Origin: Escherichia phage vB_EcoM_JS09
DNA length: 64,000 bases
Sequence record: NC_024124.2
Strand: one strand, 5' to 3'
Shown here: piece after piece, positions 28,193 through 41,101 of the stretch
Layout: every line of letters begins with the position of its first letter
Position numbering within the stretch: the stretch's first letter is position 1
Made by a program: the position numbers and the translations under genes
Notes under the pieces: generated by a model
What the model saw: only the letters and a program-made list of their open reading frames with translations
Databases searched by the model: none
Told to the model about the DNA's origin: nothing

Positions 28193-29474
28193 ATTCATCA
28201 ATGATAATTTTTGGTAGCTTAACACCGAGTAAAACAGACAAGTCTGAACGTCCTGCCATTTTATCCATGTCCCCGCCATCAATTATTCTCGCTTCTTTTT
28301 CATCTTTTGCTACTGTGTAAGGATTTGCTGATAAGGCATATCTAACCAATAATCCGATAGACGGTTGCAAGCTTTCTGGATCAACTACAACTTTAAAAGC
28401 ACCGACATGTTCCGGGTCATCTAAATCTACTCCTTCAGTGTATGGAGCATAAAAGATGGACCCTACAATTTCTTTTTCGCCGATATTTTCTACAACACCT
28501 ACAATAACATAATCTAACGGACTGTTGGTATCGCAGTAAAGAGGTAATCCATTTGCCAAGAATCCATAAGCATTTTGTGAAAGATACTTGTCATCTTCTG
28601 GCTTATGTTTTAACCAACCGGAAGCAGCAAGAATAGCAGCCGCACGAGCTGAGGCTACACAAAACGTTGCAGTATAAGTCGTCTCTTTTTGAATGTGCGA
28701 TACCATTTCACACACCATTCGATATAATGAACGACCTGCTTCTGGAGCGGATGCATAGCTCAAGTCAATAAATCCGGTATCGGTAATTCCAGTAACTTTA
28801 TAACGTTTCGATACAGTAATTAAAGACTGAAGAATATCTTTATTAATTTCATCAGCCATTTCAGTAGCAAGCAAATCTTCTAAGAAGTTAGGGGCATCAA
28901 ATCCATTCGCTTCCAAATCTTGCGCTAATTCGACCGTGAGGCCAGTTTTAAGTTTACGTGATTTGACTGAAGTTTGCCATTTATTAATCTGGAATCTTGC
29001 ATCAGAAATTTCGCTATCGGAGCTTTCAAATTTGCTTGTTACCGCTGCATCTGAAAATAACCGTACCTTTAAATGAACGACTGCAATCTGAAGAGCTAGT
29101 TCTAGATCACTTTCTTGAATATCTGCAAATGGTGTATCTTCTAACACTTTATAGACGATATTATTATATTTGAAAAAATCACCTTTATTTAGTGTGACTT
29201 TTGATTCTTCTGTTAGCTCAGTAATTTTTTCTCGGTCTACATATCCAACTTCACCCGCATAAGTAGCGCCAGTTTTAAATGTGAATTCGTTATCTGGGTT
29301 AAGATATTTGATACCATAAAAAGCAGCAACAGGTTGATTAGTTCTTTGTGTTGCTACAATGTCAGAATATATTAATTTAGTCGTAGCGCGAGTCAAAGCA
29401 ACGAGATTTGGGCGACCAATTGAGTTGCTAGTAGACGTTGTAGATTCACGCAATAATTTTTGGATTTTACTCAT
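28191..29474 (-). CDS. 24: head vertex protein
   Basis: 427 aa; near-identical to T4 gp24 as recalled. Confidence 0.95.
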   Translation of the reverse strand: MSKIQKLLRESTTSTSNSIGRPNLVALTRATTKLIYSDIVATQRTNQPVAAFYGIKYLNPDNEFTFKTGATYAGEVGYVDREKITELTEESKVTLNKGDFFKYNNIVYKVLEDTPFADIQESDLELALQIAVVHLKVRLFSDAAVTSKFESSDSEISDARFQINKWQTSVKSRKLKTGLTVELAQDLEANGFDAPNFLEDLLATEMADEINKDILQSLITVSKRYKVTGITDTGFIDLSYASAPEAGRSLYRMVCEMVSHIQKETTYTATFCVASARAAAILAASGWLKHKPEDDKYLSQNAYGFLANGLPLYCDTNSPLDYVIVGVVENIGEKEIVGSIFYAPYTEGVDLDDPEHVGAFKVVVDPESLQPSIGLLVRYALSANPYTVAKDEKEARIIDGGDMDKMAGRSDLSVLLGVKLPKIIIDE

Positions 29475-29501
29475 TGCATTTTTTCCTTATGTGATATAGA
29501 T

Positions 29502-29509
29502 TATTTATA
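29502..29509 (-). promoter_or_regulatory. late promoter TATAAATA (minus strand) for gene 24
   Basis: TATTTATA on + strand 28 nt upstream of gene 24 start. Confidence 0.65.
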
Positions 29510-29515
29510 AAGATT

Positions 29516-29545
29516 GTTTACAACGTATTTGGTATGTGATACTAT
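29516..29545 (+). promoter_or_regulatory. T4-type early promoter
   Basis: GTTTAC 29516-29521, TACTAT 29540-29545; AGAGGAG RBS then ATG 29576. Confidence 0.55.
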
Positions 29546-29575
29546 AGACTTATCAACTACAGAGGAGTAAACAAA

Positions 29576-29845
29576 ATGACTAAAGCACGTTTCTTACGAG
29601 ATACTTTAAAAGTTCTAGAAGCTGAAGCAGTTAAGTTAGTAGAAAAATATGGTGCAAAAGTTAATGGTAATGCCTTCAACAAAGTATGGATGAAAGTTGA
29701 TTCTGAAGCTCGAGCTAAAGGTTATTGGGCCACTGATAAACTTGCATCATTCAAAAACAAAGACGGTTCTCTAGCATATGTCCAAGAAGGTATGCCTAAT
29801 TGGCAAAATATTTTGAAAACTTACATCGAAATTGCACAGAAATAA
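29576..29845 (+). CDS. hypothetical protein, + strand ORF between genes 24 and 23
   Basis: 89 aa ORF with own early promoter and strong RBS, converging on gene 23 terminator. Confidence 0.6.
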   Translation: MTKARFLRDTLKVLEAEAVKLVEKYGAKVNGNAFNKVWMKVDSEARAKGYWATDKLASFKNKDGSLAYVQEGMPNWQNILKTYIEIAQK

Positions 29846-29873
29846 AACCAAAAATGGGAGACCGAAGTCTCCC
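29846..29873 (-). terminator. rho-independent terminator after gene 23, C(UUCG)G hairpin
   Basis: Minus-strand transcript: GGGAGAC-UUCG-GUCUCCC then AUUUUUGGUUUU. Confidence 0.75.
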
Positions 29874-29897
29874 AAAATAAGATTTAATCAATTAAGA

Positions 29898-31466
29898 TTA
29901 GATGCCTTTTACATATACACGGCGGAAGTAAGCGTTCTTACCAAGGCTGTTCAGGATAGACGGCATACCGGACTGGATGCGAGCACCTGGAGCCTGCAGG
30001 GAACTTTCAGCAAACGGGTTAACACCGATACCGTAACGAGTTTTAAAGCCCATTACCGGCTGGAAGTTCTTAGGATCGGAACCACGCAGTGGGGTAAGTG
30101 CAACGTAAGGAGCATAGTAAATACCTGCATCCATTTCGTTAGCGCCTTTGTAACCAACGGTGAAGTAATCCTGTTTAGCATACTGGTCGATGTATACGCG
30201 GTATTTACCACCAAGTACACCGGCAAATACGGACTTAGTAGTGTCGGTATTAAAACCAGAAGCCAGACCCTGTGCAGCATAAGAAATACCAGTATCAACT
30301 GAAGCCAGTACGTTAACTACGTTACGGGAAGCGATAATGAAGTTACCTTCACCACGACCGGTTTGACGAGCAATTTCAACTGCTTCTTTATCAATCTGGA
30401 ACAACAGAGATTTAAAGCTTTCACCGGCCCAACGAGCACCACGGATATCAATCGGGTCCTGGAAGTCAAATACACCAGCTTTAGAACCCGGAGTCAGGGT
30501 CATACCAGATTTACCAACCTGTGCTGAGTAGTTAATCCAATCAACAACTTCACGGTTGATTTCTAGCATAATTTCTGTAGCCAGAATACCGCTCAGTTCA
30601 GCATCAGCATCCATACCGTGTACTGCACGGAGGTCTTGTGCTAATTCGATAGAGTAAGCAGCTTTCAGCTGGCGAGATTTAGCTTCAATAACTTGTTTAT
30701 CGATACGGAAGCCCATTTCATTCCATGGGTTATCGGTAGAACCGTTGAAACCTTCCTGGAGTTCAGCGATAGAAGTAGCCATACCTTCAGCGATTTCTAC
30801 CAGTGCACCAGCTTCCATTTGTTTCTTAACTTCTGCATCTAATTTAGCTGCATCAGTTGCACCAGAATCAAGTGTTACGATAGCAGAAGCTTGCAGATAT
30901 ACAGTACCAGTTTCTTGGAAGAAGTGAGTATAGATATCACCTACAACAGTAGTAGTGTCAGCAGCCAGAGCTGGGAATTTCTTAGCAGCACCCTGACCAG
31001 AGAACATCGCGTCTGGGGCATACATCGGATGGAAAGCTTCTTTAGCGCCAGCAGCGATAGGGTCTTTACCATATACTGCACGGAGAGCAAATACCTGACC
31101 GGTCGGGCTGTTCATAGGCTGAACACCACAAATATCAAAAGCGATCAGATTAGGAATAGCACGACGAACCATACCCATAACTGCCGGCCCAATTTGGGTT
31201 ACTGCACCAGAGGTTTGACCTGCTGCGATGTTCTGAGCATTATAACCATGGTCACCACCAATTTCAGCTTCGGTCAAGAAAGAACCAAATGCCTGAGCGA
31301 TTTTCTCGTCTTTATATTCAGGGGATACTTCGAAATCTTTTTCCTGGTTTTCGAAGATTTTAGCGATAATAGCCTGCTTGCTATTAGCGATTTCCGGCAG
31401 GCCTTCACCTTCCAGCAGTTCTTTCCATTTGTCTACGAGCTGAGCTTTAGTTTTGATAGTAGTCAT
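29898..31466 (-). CDS. 23: major capsid protein
   Basis: 522 aa; near-identical to T4 gp23 as recalled. Confidence 0.97.
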   Translation of the reverse strand: MTTIKTKAQLVDKWKELLEGEGLPEIANSKQAIIAKIFENQEKDFEVSPEYKDEKIAQAFGSFLTEAEIGGDHGYNAQNIAAGQTSGAVTQIGPAVMGMVRRAIPNLIAFDICGVQPMNSPTGQVFALRAVYGKDPIAAGAKEAFHPMYAPDAMFSGQGAAKKFPALAADTTTVVGDIYTHFFQETGTVYLQASAIVTLDSGATDAAKLDAEVKKQMEAGALVEIAEGMATSIAELQEGFNGSTDNPWNEMGFRIDKQVIEAKSRQLKAAYSIELAQDLRAVHGMDADAELSGILATEIMLEINREVVDWINYSAQVGKSGMTLTPGSKAGVFDFQDPIDIRGARWAGESFKSLLFQIDKEAVEIARQTGRGEGNFIIASRNVVNVLASVDTGISYAAQGLASGFNTDTTKSVFAGVLGGKYRVYIDQYAKQDYFTVGYKGANEMDAGIYYAPYVALTPLRGSDPKNFQPVMGFKTRYGIGVNPFAESSLQAPGARIQSGMPSILNSLGKNAYFRRVYVKGI

Positions 31467-31483
31467 TTGTGTTAACCTTTAAA

Positions 31484-32296
31484 TTAGAAACGAGATGCGA
31501 CTTTCGCATATAAACTTACATTAGAATTCTGTTCTACCTGAGTTGTGGTAGTGTCAACTGCTTCGGCAACAAAATTAAGACCGGCAGCGTCATTGTCAAC
31601 TGTATTTATACTTTCGGTAATAGCGGCTTCTTCTTTAGTAGAACCTTTAACCATTTCTACAATAGCAGTTAACTTAGTACCAAATGCGTCAGAATAATCC
31701 ATACCTTCAACCAGGCCAATAACTTTTTCTTTCTGAGATTCAGTCAGGTCTTTTACGCTTTCATTAATAGCGGTTTCACGCTGAACGTAATTGATATATG
31801 CATCACGTTTGGTAACTTCTTCGAACAAACGAGCGGTTTCTTCTTTATGTTCGGCCAGCTCTTCTTCCATTTCTGCTACAACATCTACAGATTCTTCTGG
31901 AACAACAACGTTATGTTCAACAAACAGTTCTTTCAGACCACCAAGCATGGATTCGAACAAATCAGCTTTAATGCCTTTATCAACTGCGATTTGGTTTTCT
32001 GCGAGCCATTCTTTTGCAAGATGGTCTAGGAATTTAGAAGCTTGTTCAGCCAATTTTTTATCAGCTTTCTCTTCAGCATCTTCTTTAGCCTTTTCAACTT
32101 CTTCTTCGGCTTTTTCGGCGATGGCTTTGATATGAGATTCAGCCAGTTTGACTGCTTCCTGCTTAACGGTGGCTTCGAATACAGTGCTGAAATTAGCTTT
32201 AACGTCCGGAGACAGTTCTACTGATTCGAAAACACTATTAAGAGCAACTGAAGTCTCGATGTTCTGAGCTTCTTTCAAAAGTTGTTCTTTGATCAT
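31484..32296 (-). CDS. 22: prohead core scaffold protein
   Basis: 270 aa, acidic coiled-coil, T4 gp22 length and position. Confidence 0.9.
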   Translation of the reverse strand: MIKEQLLKEAQNIETSVALNSVFESVELSPDVKANFSTVFEATVKQEAVKLAESHIKAIAEKAEEEVEKAKEDAEEKADKKLAEQASKFLDHLAKEWLAENQIAVDKGIKADLFESMLGGLKELFVEHNVVVPEESVDVVAEMEEELAEHKEETARLFEEVTKRDAYINYVQRETAINESVKDLTESQKEKVIGLVEGMDYSDAFGTKLTAIVEMVKGSTKEEAAITESINTVDNDAAGLNFVAEAVDTTTTQVEQNSNVSLYAKVASRF

Positions 32297-32326
32297 TTTA
32301 GTGTCCTGTGGTTTAGATTACATTAT

Positions 32327-32334
32327 TATTTATA
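32327..32334 (-). promoter_or_regulatory. late promoter TATAAATA (minus strand) for gene 22
   Basis: TATTTATA on + strand 31 nt upstream of gene 22 start, inside 3' end of gene 21. Confidence 0.6.
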
Positions 32335-32971
32335 ATGCTTTTAAACTCTCTGCGAGAGCTTTAAATGCTTCATCAGCACTGTTTTTGGTGGTTTCCACCG
32401 AATTTTCTGATTCTGATATTTGTTTAGGAGTAACCCAAGCATCTGGAGCAGAAGGTCCCCATACGGCATCTACGCCGACGGTTAATTTAAATCCTTCGTT
32501 CACGATACGGTACCCTTTATTGGTGTCGGTTAAAGAACCAAGACCACGAGAGGAAACACCTGGAATCCAACCAGCTCGTATATTAGCAGCTAATTTATCG
32601 CCGGGACCATGGTCGCCTTCAATAATTCTAGCACGTCCATATACATCGTTTCCTTTCCACCACATATCTTCAATAATGATAGCGGCTTGCATAGGGTCAA
32701 CATTTGCACGAGGTGGATGGTTTAATTCTCCAAGGGCTTGTTTGGTTGCGACTTGTTCTTTAATATAGTCACTTACTGCTTTTTCCAAAACGCGTTTAGG
32801 ATATAAACGTTTATTTCGGTTAACAACCTCTGCCTGAAGAAAAATACCTTCTATATAAAGCCCTGGTTTTAAGCCAGAATCTTTTCCATCATGAGATTCC
32901 AACATTGGAACGCCATCAATAATCTCACCGGGTTGACCCCAAGTTTCAATAAGTAACTCGGGTTTATTCAT
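32330..32971 (-). CDS. 21: prohead protease
   Basis: 213 aa; near-identical to T4 gp21 as recalled (LLIETWGQPGEIIDGVPMLESHDGKD...). Confidence 0.95.
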   Translation of the reverse strand: MNKPELLIETWGQPGEIIDGVPMLESHDGKDSGLKPGLYIEGIFLQAEVVNRNKRLYPKRVLEKAVSDYIKEQVATKQALGELNHPPRANVDPMQAAIIIEDMWWKGNDVYGRARIIEGDHGPGDKLAANIRAGWIPGVSSRGLGSLTDTNKGYRIVNEGFKLTVGVDAVWGPSAPDAWVTPKQISESENSVETTKNSADEAFKALAESLKAL

Positions 32972-33396
32972 TAGCTTAATCCTAATGCTTTACGACGTTT
33001 AAGAGCCTTTTTACGCTTACGCAAGCCTTTAACTTGGCCTGAAGGGTTAGCTTTTTTAGCTTTAACGACCTTACGAGCGATTTGTCTACGTTTTGCTTTA
33101 GAAAGACCAGTGGTTTGGAACGCGTTACGTTCACGAGTTTTACGGTCTTTAGTGCGGGTGACTTCACCACGAGAAGAAACATGTTTAACGATAAACTCAT
33201 TTAACTGTTCTTCATTAATAATGGAAGCCATTGCAACAGCTAAATCCGTTTCAGTTTCAAGCATGTTCTCGATAATAGTATTTATATCGTCAATATCGAG
33301 AGCAGAAGACAATGCATCGATTCGGCCCTGTGCTTCAGGAATAAGTGCTTCGACATTTTCGAGTACCAATTCATAAGATTCAGGGATAAGATACAT
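32971..33396 (-). CDS. 68: prohead core protein
   Basis: 141 aa, T4 gp68 length and position. Confidence 0.85.
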   Translation of the reverse strand: MYLIPESYELVLENVEALIPEAQGRIDALSSALDIDDINTIIENMLETETDLAVAMASIINEEQLNEFIVKHVSSRGEVTRTKDRKTRERNAFQTTGLSKAKRRQIARKVVKAKKANPSGQVKGLRKRKKALKRRKALGLS

Positions 33397-33632
33397 TATT
33401 CATCGTCCTCATCATCTTCGTCTTCGTCGTCATCGCCTTCATCAGCGTCGTCTTCCGAAGCTTTAGCTTTCTTTTCTTCTTCAGGTTCTTCGCCTTCAAT
33501 TAAAAATTGAGAAGCGATTTCTGCTTTGCGTGCTTCAATCAAACGAACCGTTTTTTCTGCCATTGCACTTTCAAAAAACTTTCGAGTAGCAACGAGGTCG
33601 TTTGATTTAATAGCTTGAATTAAATCGTCCAT
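33396..33632 (-). CDS. 67: prohead core protein with acidic tail
   Basis: 78 aa with poly-Asp/Glu C-terminus, T4 gp67 position. Confidence 0.85.
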   Translation of the reverse strand: MDDLIQAIKSNDLVATRKFFESAMAEKTVRLIEARKAEIASQFLIEGEEPEEEKKAKASEDDADEGDDDEDEDDEDDE

Positions 33633-35203
33633 TAAAAATCCTCTTGTTCTTGGTCGGGGTCTTGGAAACGAGCCTCTTTCGACTCTTCTTCAATTTGCTT
33701 AGCCTCTTGTTCAATTTCCTCGTCAGACATCTGAAGAATATCTTTCATAGCTGTTCTGTGAGAAATATATTTACCAATAAATGGTTCGGCCATCTGAAGC
33801 ATATTAATGCGGCGCTCCAGAATCTCAGCATCCTTTAATTCCGAGAAATAACTATCCCGATGAAATTTTATCTTAATATTATTTATTTCATCATTCCACT
33901 CATCTTCTGTAATAATTCCTTTAAGAATTAAATTAGTTTTAAGCGGGTCTAGGAATATCTCTTCAAATTTATGTTGCAGCTCACGAATAAATTTACCAAA
34001 CGACAATTCATCTCGTGTAATAGAAGTACCAGCATCAAACTGTATACCACCTTGGTCACTTGGAATACGGGTAATAGGAATACGTAAAGCCATATAAAGC
34101 GCATTACGGAACCAACGTACATCTTCCATATTTCCAGTATTATCTGCACCTGGTAATGTATCAACTTCTGTTACTGCTTTACCATCACGTCGTTGTAACC
34201 AATAATCTTCGGTCATCGACATAATATGCTGCTGGTTTTTAATCTTACCTGTAGTAGCATCATATGCAATACGGTTTTTCATCGTATTCATAACATGTTG
34301 CATATGTTCTGCTGCTTTTCTTGAAGGCATATTACCTGTATCAACGTACCATACACGACGATCTGGAGCACGAGTAATACGATAAATTACAACGGCATCT
34401 TCAAGAAGTTTTAATTGGTTCGCCGGCTTAATAGCCCGATGCAAATAACCAATGATATTTTTACCACAACAATCAACTAAACCAGAATGGGCATAAACAA
34501 TCGCGGCTTTAGGGATTTTTATTTTTGTGCCAGCTTCATATATGCGACCATCACAAGCATAAGATTCGTGTGATGTGTCATAAATGAAATATTCTTTATA
34601 ACCCTTGACTATTTTAACACCGGCTTCAGTGGTTGTAATAACTTCACGGACATATTGAACTTGGCGTGGGTCTAAACGACGAAGCTCTTTAATACCTTCT
34701 TTAGGGCGTTTAGGGTCAATAATTTTATGGAAGAAAATTCGAGAATCTACATACCAACGCCTAAAATGGTCTGAACCTTTACGTTGGAAAGATAAATGAT
34801 TCAACACTTCGTTAAATTCATCCAACATCATTGATTTTATATTTGGACTAAATTTTGTGTTGTCTAAATTTATAGAAACGACTTCTGTATCATCTTCATA
34901 TACGATAGCATCGGAAACTATTTCAGAGACTGCATTATCCACTTCATAGTTCGTCATCAAATTTCGATACGTATCGATTAATTCACGGGTTGATTTGAGC
35001 CCTGGTTCTTGACTACCAAACATTCTCTGAAACATAGCATTATATGTTTGCTGTGCTTCATTTTCAGATACTTCGTATTCTTTAGCACCATCGTCTAATT
35101 TTGGTGTAGTGATAGATTCTAAATTTTCTTTTTCTTGGTCTTTGTAATCACGTTCGTCCATTTTTGCCCATGGAGCAAACAAACTTAAGATATTAAATTT
35201 CAT
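33632..35203 (-). CDS. 20: portal vertex protein
   Basis: 523 aa, T4 gp20 length and position. Confidence 0.95.
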   Translation of the reverse strand: MKFNILSLFAPWAKMDERDYKDQEKENLESITTPKLDDGAKEYEVSENEAQQTYNAMFQRMFGSQEPGLKSTRELIDTYRNLMTNYEVDNAVSEIVSDAIVYEDDTEVVSINLDNTKFSPNIKSMMLDEFNEVLNHLSFQRKGSDHFRRWYVDSRIFFHKIIDPKRPKEGIKELRRLDPRQVQYVREVITTTEAGVKIVKGYKEYFIYDTSHESYACDGRIYEAGTKIKIPKAAIVYAHSGLVDCCGKNIIGYLHRAIKPANQLKLLEDAVVIYRITRAPDRRVWYVDTGNMPSRKAAEHMQHVMNTMKNRIAYDATTGKIKNQQHIMSMTEDYWLQRRDGKAVTEVDTLPGADNTGNMEDVRWFRNALYMALRIPITRIPSDQGGIQFDAGTSITRDELSFGKFIRELQHKFEEIFLDPLKTNLILKGIITEDEWNDEINNIKIKFHRDSYFSELKDAEILERRINMLQMAEPFIGKYISHRTAMKDILQMSDEEIEQEAKQIEEESKEARFQDPDQEQEDF

Positions 35204-35231
35204 TGTATTCTCCGAATGGGAATTATAGTTA

Positions 35232-35239
35232 TATTTATA
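35232..35239 (-). promoter_or_regulatory. late promoter TATAAATA (minus strand) for gene 20
   Basis: TATTTATA on + strand 29 nt upstream of gene 20 start. Confidence 0.65.
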
Positions 35240-35287
35240 TGGACTTCTCCGTCATCACGGGAAGCTGGGGATTTCTCCCCAACCAGA

Positions 35288-35779
35288 TTATTCCCACCAA
35301 TCAAGAGCAAGAGTTACTTCGAACGTTTCAATCTCGTTATTGCTGTCCCAGTCAAGAGATACTTCGCCAACGTTAGTAGGCCACAAGCCGACAATTTCAA
35401 CTTCTTTAGTGACCGTTTTAGCATCACGAGCAAATTGACGAACGATAGCAGTCTTTTTATATTCAGCAGGTTTACCACCGGTAATTTCATTACCTTGTCC
35501 TGCTGCAATACCTTGCCAATCAACAAATTTCTGACGAATGCTATGAGCATCATCGTTCATTACTGTAATAGTCCAATCATCGAATGTACGATCACCGGCC
35601 ACGTTAATTTTACGGTTCATATAAGAAACAGGAACCTTTTCAACGATCGCAGCAGGAAGAGCCGTAGCACGACACTGGAAGCTAAAGTTTTGCCCAAGAT
35701 AAGAGATTTCTACTTCGAACAGGTTAGGGCGAGCGAAATCACCTGATTCGAAGGCACGAGTTACGTCATCTACAAACAT
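35288..35779 (-). CDS. 19: tail tube protein
   Basis: 163 aa, T4 gp19 length and position. Confidence 0.95.
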   Translation of the reverse strand: MFVDDVTRAFESGDFARPNLFEVEISYLGQNFSFQCRATALPAAIVEKVPVSYMNRKINVAGDRTFDDWTITVMNDDAHSIRQKFVDWQGIAAGQGNEITGGKPAEYKKTAIVRQFARDAKTVTKEVEIVGLWPTNVGEVSLDWDSNNEIETFEVTLALDWWE

Positions 35780-35858
35780 ATTAGCCTCTGTAGTAATATG
35801 GGCTTAGGATTAACCTGATGCCCATAGAATTAATTTTTAAACGATATAATATATTTAT

Positions 35859-35880
35859 ATGGGCTACCGAAATAGCCCAT
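35859..35880 (-). other. stem-loop after gene 18 stop (possible terminator) overlapping a TATAAATA motif
   Basis: ATGGGCTA-CCGAAA-TAGCCCAT; TATTTATA at 35852-35859 on + strand. Confidence 0.4.
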
Positions 35881-35891
35881 CAGGCGTCTTA

Positions 35892-37874
35892 TTAACCACC
35901 TACAGCACCAATTAGTTCGTCGAAATCGGCACCAGTTGCTGTTGCTACAAAGTTCAACGTAATATAATTTATCGAGCGGGCAGGTTGTAAGTAGAAAGTA
36001 GCTACAAATTCATTACGGTCGATAACTGCTGGGGTGTTATTGGTAGTATCACAAACAACTTTAAAGTTATATACACCGCCGAGAGCTTTAATACCCTGTA
36101 GATATTGAGAAGTCTCTGTACGGAAAGAAGAACGGGTGAATGCGTTGTTCAATTCAAACAGGCGATATTTGGATGCTGAACCAATGTTCGTTTTAACCAT
36201 ATTGAACAAACGACGAACGTTAATACGGTCAAATGGTGAAGGAACAGAAGTGGCAGTTTTATCACCGTACAGAACATACCCATCACCACCGGTACCAGTA
36301 ACAGGGTTAATAGCTTCTTGATACAAACGATCACGCTGTGGTTGGCGAGTTTCAATTGCAAGCTTAATAACGTTAAGAATTTGACCACGGTTATAACCAG
36401 CAGGAGACATCCAAGGCTGAGAAATATTGTCTGTGCGAGCACAAAGACCAGCAATATCAGCAGCTAACGGAACCCAACGATTCACATCATTATATTTGTC
36501 ATATTGATATTTATAGTTACCGTCAATAGCCGCGTAAGTAGAACTTACATTAAAGTTATTATCAGTGTAAGTTCCTGACGCAGTACGCCAATCAACCAGA
36601 TTATCAACTGCACGATTAACAGGAATACCGACTATAGTTGCACGTGGCGGTGAGCAAAGAACCAAGCAATCTTGGCGAGAATCACCAATTGCTACAACAT
36701 GTTTCTGAACTGTAGAAGCAACTTCTAAAGATTCACCTGCACAAGAACCGGCAATAAACAACTGCGCATTAACAGATTCGCGGTCAGCAAACAAATCCCA
36801 AGCTTCCATTAAATCACCAGCGTCAACCGTTTCATTAGATGATAAGCCGCCACCCAGTTTGATTACGCCAGAGAAACCTTTTGGCCAACCTTGTGCAGTA
36901 GCGAAAATATAATTGCTTGCGCCTTTAGCAAAGAAATCATCAATAAAGATATTACTACCATAAATATCGCGTTCACCACGTTTAGTAGAAAGAATTACGC
37001 TCTGAACTACAGCATCGTTACGACGAACGATAATTGCATATTGGTCATCAGTTTGTGGGCCATACCCAAAGATTGCTTTAGCAGTAGATGCACGAGTACC
37101 ACCATCAGGATAAATTTTTAACTGGGCTGAAGCACCTTTGTCATAGTCTGCTTTAGATACGATTTCAATTTCGAGCTGGTCGCCAAGTTCACCAGGATAA
37201 AGAGCAACTACGCCTGGGACACCATATTTTTTAATAGATTCTTGGAAAGTTAGAGAAGTAATAGCTTCTTCAGAAGTTTCAACTTCAGTTAACAGAATAC
37301 CTGAATCGGTTACGATAGAACCAATTGTAATAACGCCAGAGAGTCCAGAAGAAGAACTGGCAACTTCGGCGGTCCAGTTAGAACCCAATGCCGGATATTC
37401 ATTAATTTCTTTTGCACGAGCAATAATTTTACCGGTTGGGATATAAATGTTAAGAATTTTACCATCGACATCAACTGAAGTGACATAACCATCTGCTTCA
37501 ACAGTTTCGGTCAAATACTTAACGATAATTTTATCACCAACTGCATAGTTACTACCAGCAGCAGAGATTGTGAATTCAATATTGCCTGCTACAGGAGATG
37601 AGTTCTTAGCAGTATCACGATCAACTGCGCGTACAACACGAAGGTCATTACCATATTGAAGGAAGTTCATAGCAGACATGAAATAATCTGCTGTATCTGT
37701 ATTAGGAGTACCAAACATATCAACTAATGCAACTTCATCAGTGATTTGTTTAATCTGGAATGCAGGTCCCCATTGGAATTTTCCAGCCAGGGCAGCAGTA
37801 CCAGTGGAGTTATTAACTACAGTACTCTGTACGGTAGTTTCTTTGAGCTCAACGCCCGGAGAGAGAAGTGCCAT
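35892..37874 (-). CDS. 18: tail sheath protein
   Basis: 660 aa, T4 gp18 length and position. Confidence 0.95.
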   Translation of the reverse strand: MALLSPGVELKETTVQSTVVNNSTGTAALAGKFQWGPAFQIKQITDEVALVDMFGTPNTDTADYFMSAMNFLQYGNDLRVVRAVDRDTAKNSSPVAGNIEFTISAAGSNYAVGDKIIVKYLTETVEADGYVTSVDVDGKILNIYIPTGKIIARAKEINEYPALGSNWTAEVASSSSGLSGVITIGSIVTDSGILLTEVETSEEAITSLTFQESIKKYGVPGVVALYPGELGDQLEIEIVSKADYDKGASAQLKIYPDGGTRASTAKAIFGYGPQTDDQYAIIVRRNDAVVQSVILSTKRGERDIYGSNIFIDDFFAKGASNYIFATAQGWPKGFSGVIKLGGGLSSNETVDAGDLMEAWDLFADRESVNAQLFIAGSCAGESLEVASTVQKHVVAIGDSRQDCLVLCSPPRATIVGIPVNRAVDNLVDWRTASGTYTDNNFNVSSTYAAIDGNYKYQYDKYNDVNRWVPLAADIAGLCARTDNISQPWMSPAGYNRGQILNVIKLAIETRQPQRDRLYQEAINPVTGTGGDGYVLYGDKTATSVPSPFDRINVRRLFNMVKTNIGSASKYRLFELNNAFTRSSFRTETSQYLQGIKALGGVYNFKVVCDTTNNTPAVIDRNEFVATFYLQPARSINYITLNFVATATGADFDELIGAVGG

Positions 37875-37901
37875 TTTAATTCCTCTTAATTTGCTTTATT
37901 T

Positions 37902-40218
<2,317 letters not shown>

Positions 40219-40227
40219 ATTTACCTC

Positions 40228-41052
40228 TTATTGTTTTCTAGGACCAGGAGGGGTTGGTGGAGTCGGGATTGGAATATCATGAGTATAAGTTTGTTCAACT
40301 TCGCCATTCCAATCTTGTGCTTCAACGTCTCTCGGTTTAATTTCTGTATCAACTGATTCAAAAACACTGGCGGCTGTTTGAAGGTCTCGTTCGTTAGCAT
40401 GAAAATCAAGATAAGTCGTTTTAATAAGGCCTTCAGCTGCGCCTACCGGAGGATACATCCATCCATTTACTTCAAATGTTAATGACCACTCTAAACGTCG
40501 ACGGGATAAATTATCACCGTCTATTTGTTCATCCATTGCTGCTGCCATCCATACGACTTTAATATCCCTTTCAAATGGAATATCCTGCCCATATTGCTCA
40601 ATCATAGTCGTATTAAAATGCGGCTGAAAATATGGAATAATTTGCTCAACGATTTGGAACATATCATCTTCATAACGAGTAAAGATGCTCAGTTCAAAAA
40701 TCATTTTAATTGGTGATGGGTTGTATTGGTCTACAATATCCTTAGTCGATTTACTCAAAAGAGAGTTATTCAATATATTCGTTTTAAACGTCGGGTTATA
40801 AACGAAATCTACCATTTGGAGATTTATACGTGGTAGAATAGTTTCGACTTTAGCCACATCTTCTTGTGAGTTTATAGAGGTCCATTTATTAAGTTTCATC
40901 ATAAAGTGCTCTTTAGATGCATACGTAATAGGAACTCTAATTAATTTATTGCCTGTAGACAATTGACGGTTAACTTGGATATTTGAAAACAAATCGCCCA
41001 TCATTGTGATATATCGCCTGAACGACGAGTTGTAAAAATAGCCAAACATCAT
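40228..41052 (-). CDS. 15: tail sheath stabilizer / tail completion protein
   Basis: 274 aa, T4 gp15 position. Confidence 0.9.
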   Translation of the reverse strand: MMFGYFYNSSFRRYITMMGDLFSNIQVNRQLSTGNKLIRVPITYASKEHFMMKLNKWTSINSQEDVAKVETILPRINLQMVDFVYNPTFKTNILNNSLLSKSTKDIVDQYNPSPIKMIFELSIFTRYEDDMFQIVEQIIPYFQPHFNTTMIEQYGQDIPFERDIKVVWMAAAMDEQIDGDNLSRRRLEWSLTFEVNGWMYPPVGAAEGLIKTTYLDFHANERDLQTAASVFESVDTEIKPRDVEAQDWNGEVEQTYTHDIPIPTPPTPPGPRKQ

Positions 41053-41101
41053 TTCTCCTAACCGGCCTTTCGACCGGTGTTTGCTTTATCTTATCTATTT
41101 A

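Noticed and set aside
33396-33440. Poly-Asp/Glu runs at the C-termini of gp67 (and uvsW.1 at 22865-22900) as low-complexity artefacts
   Set aside because: Acidic tails are the known native character of these T4 prohead-core and small proteins; not artefacts.
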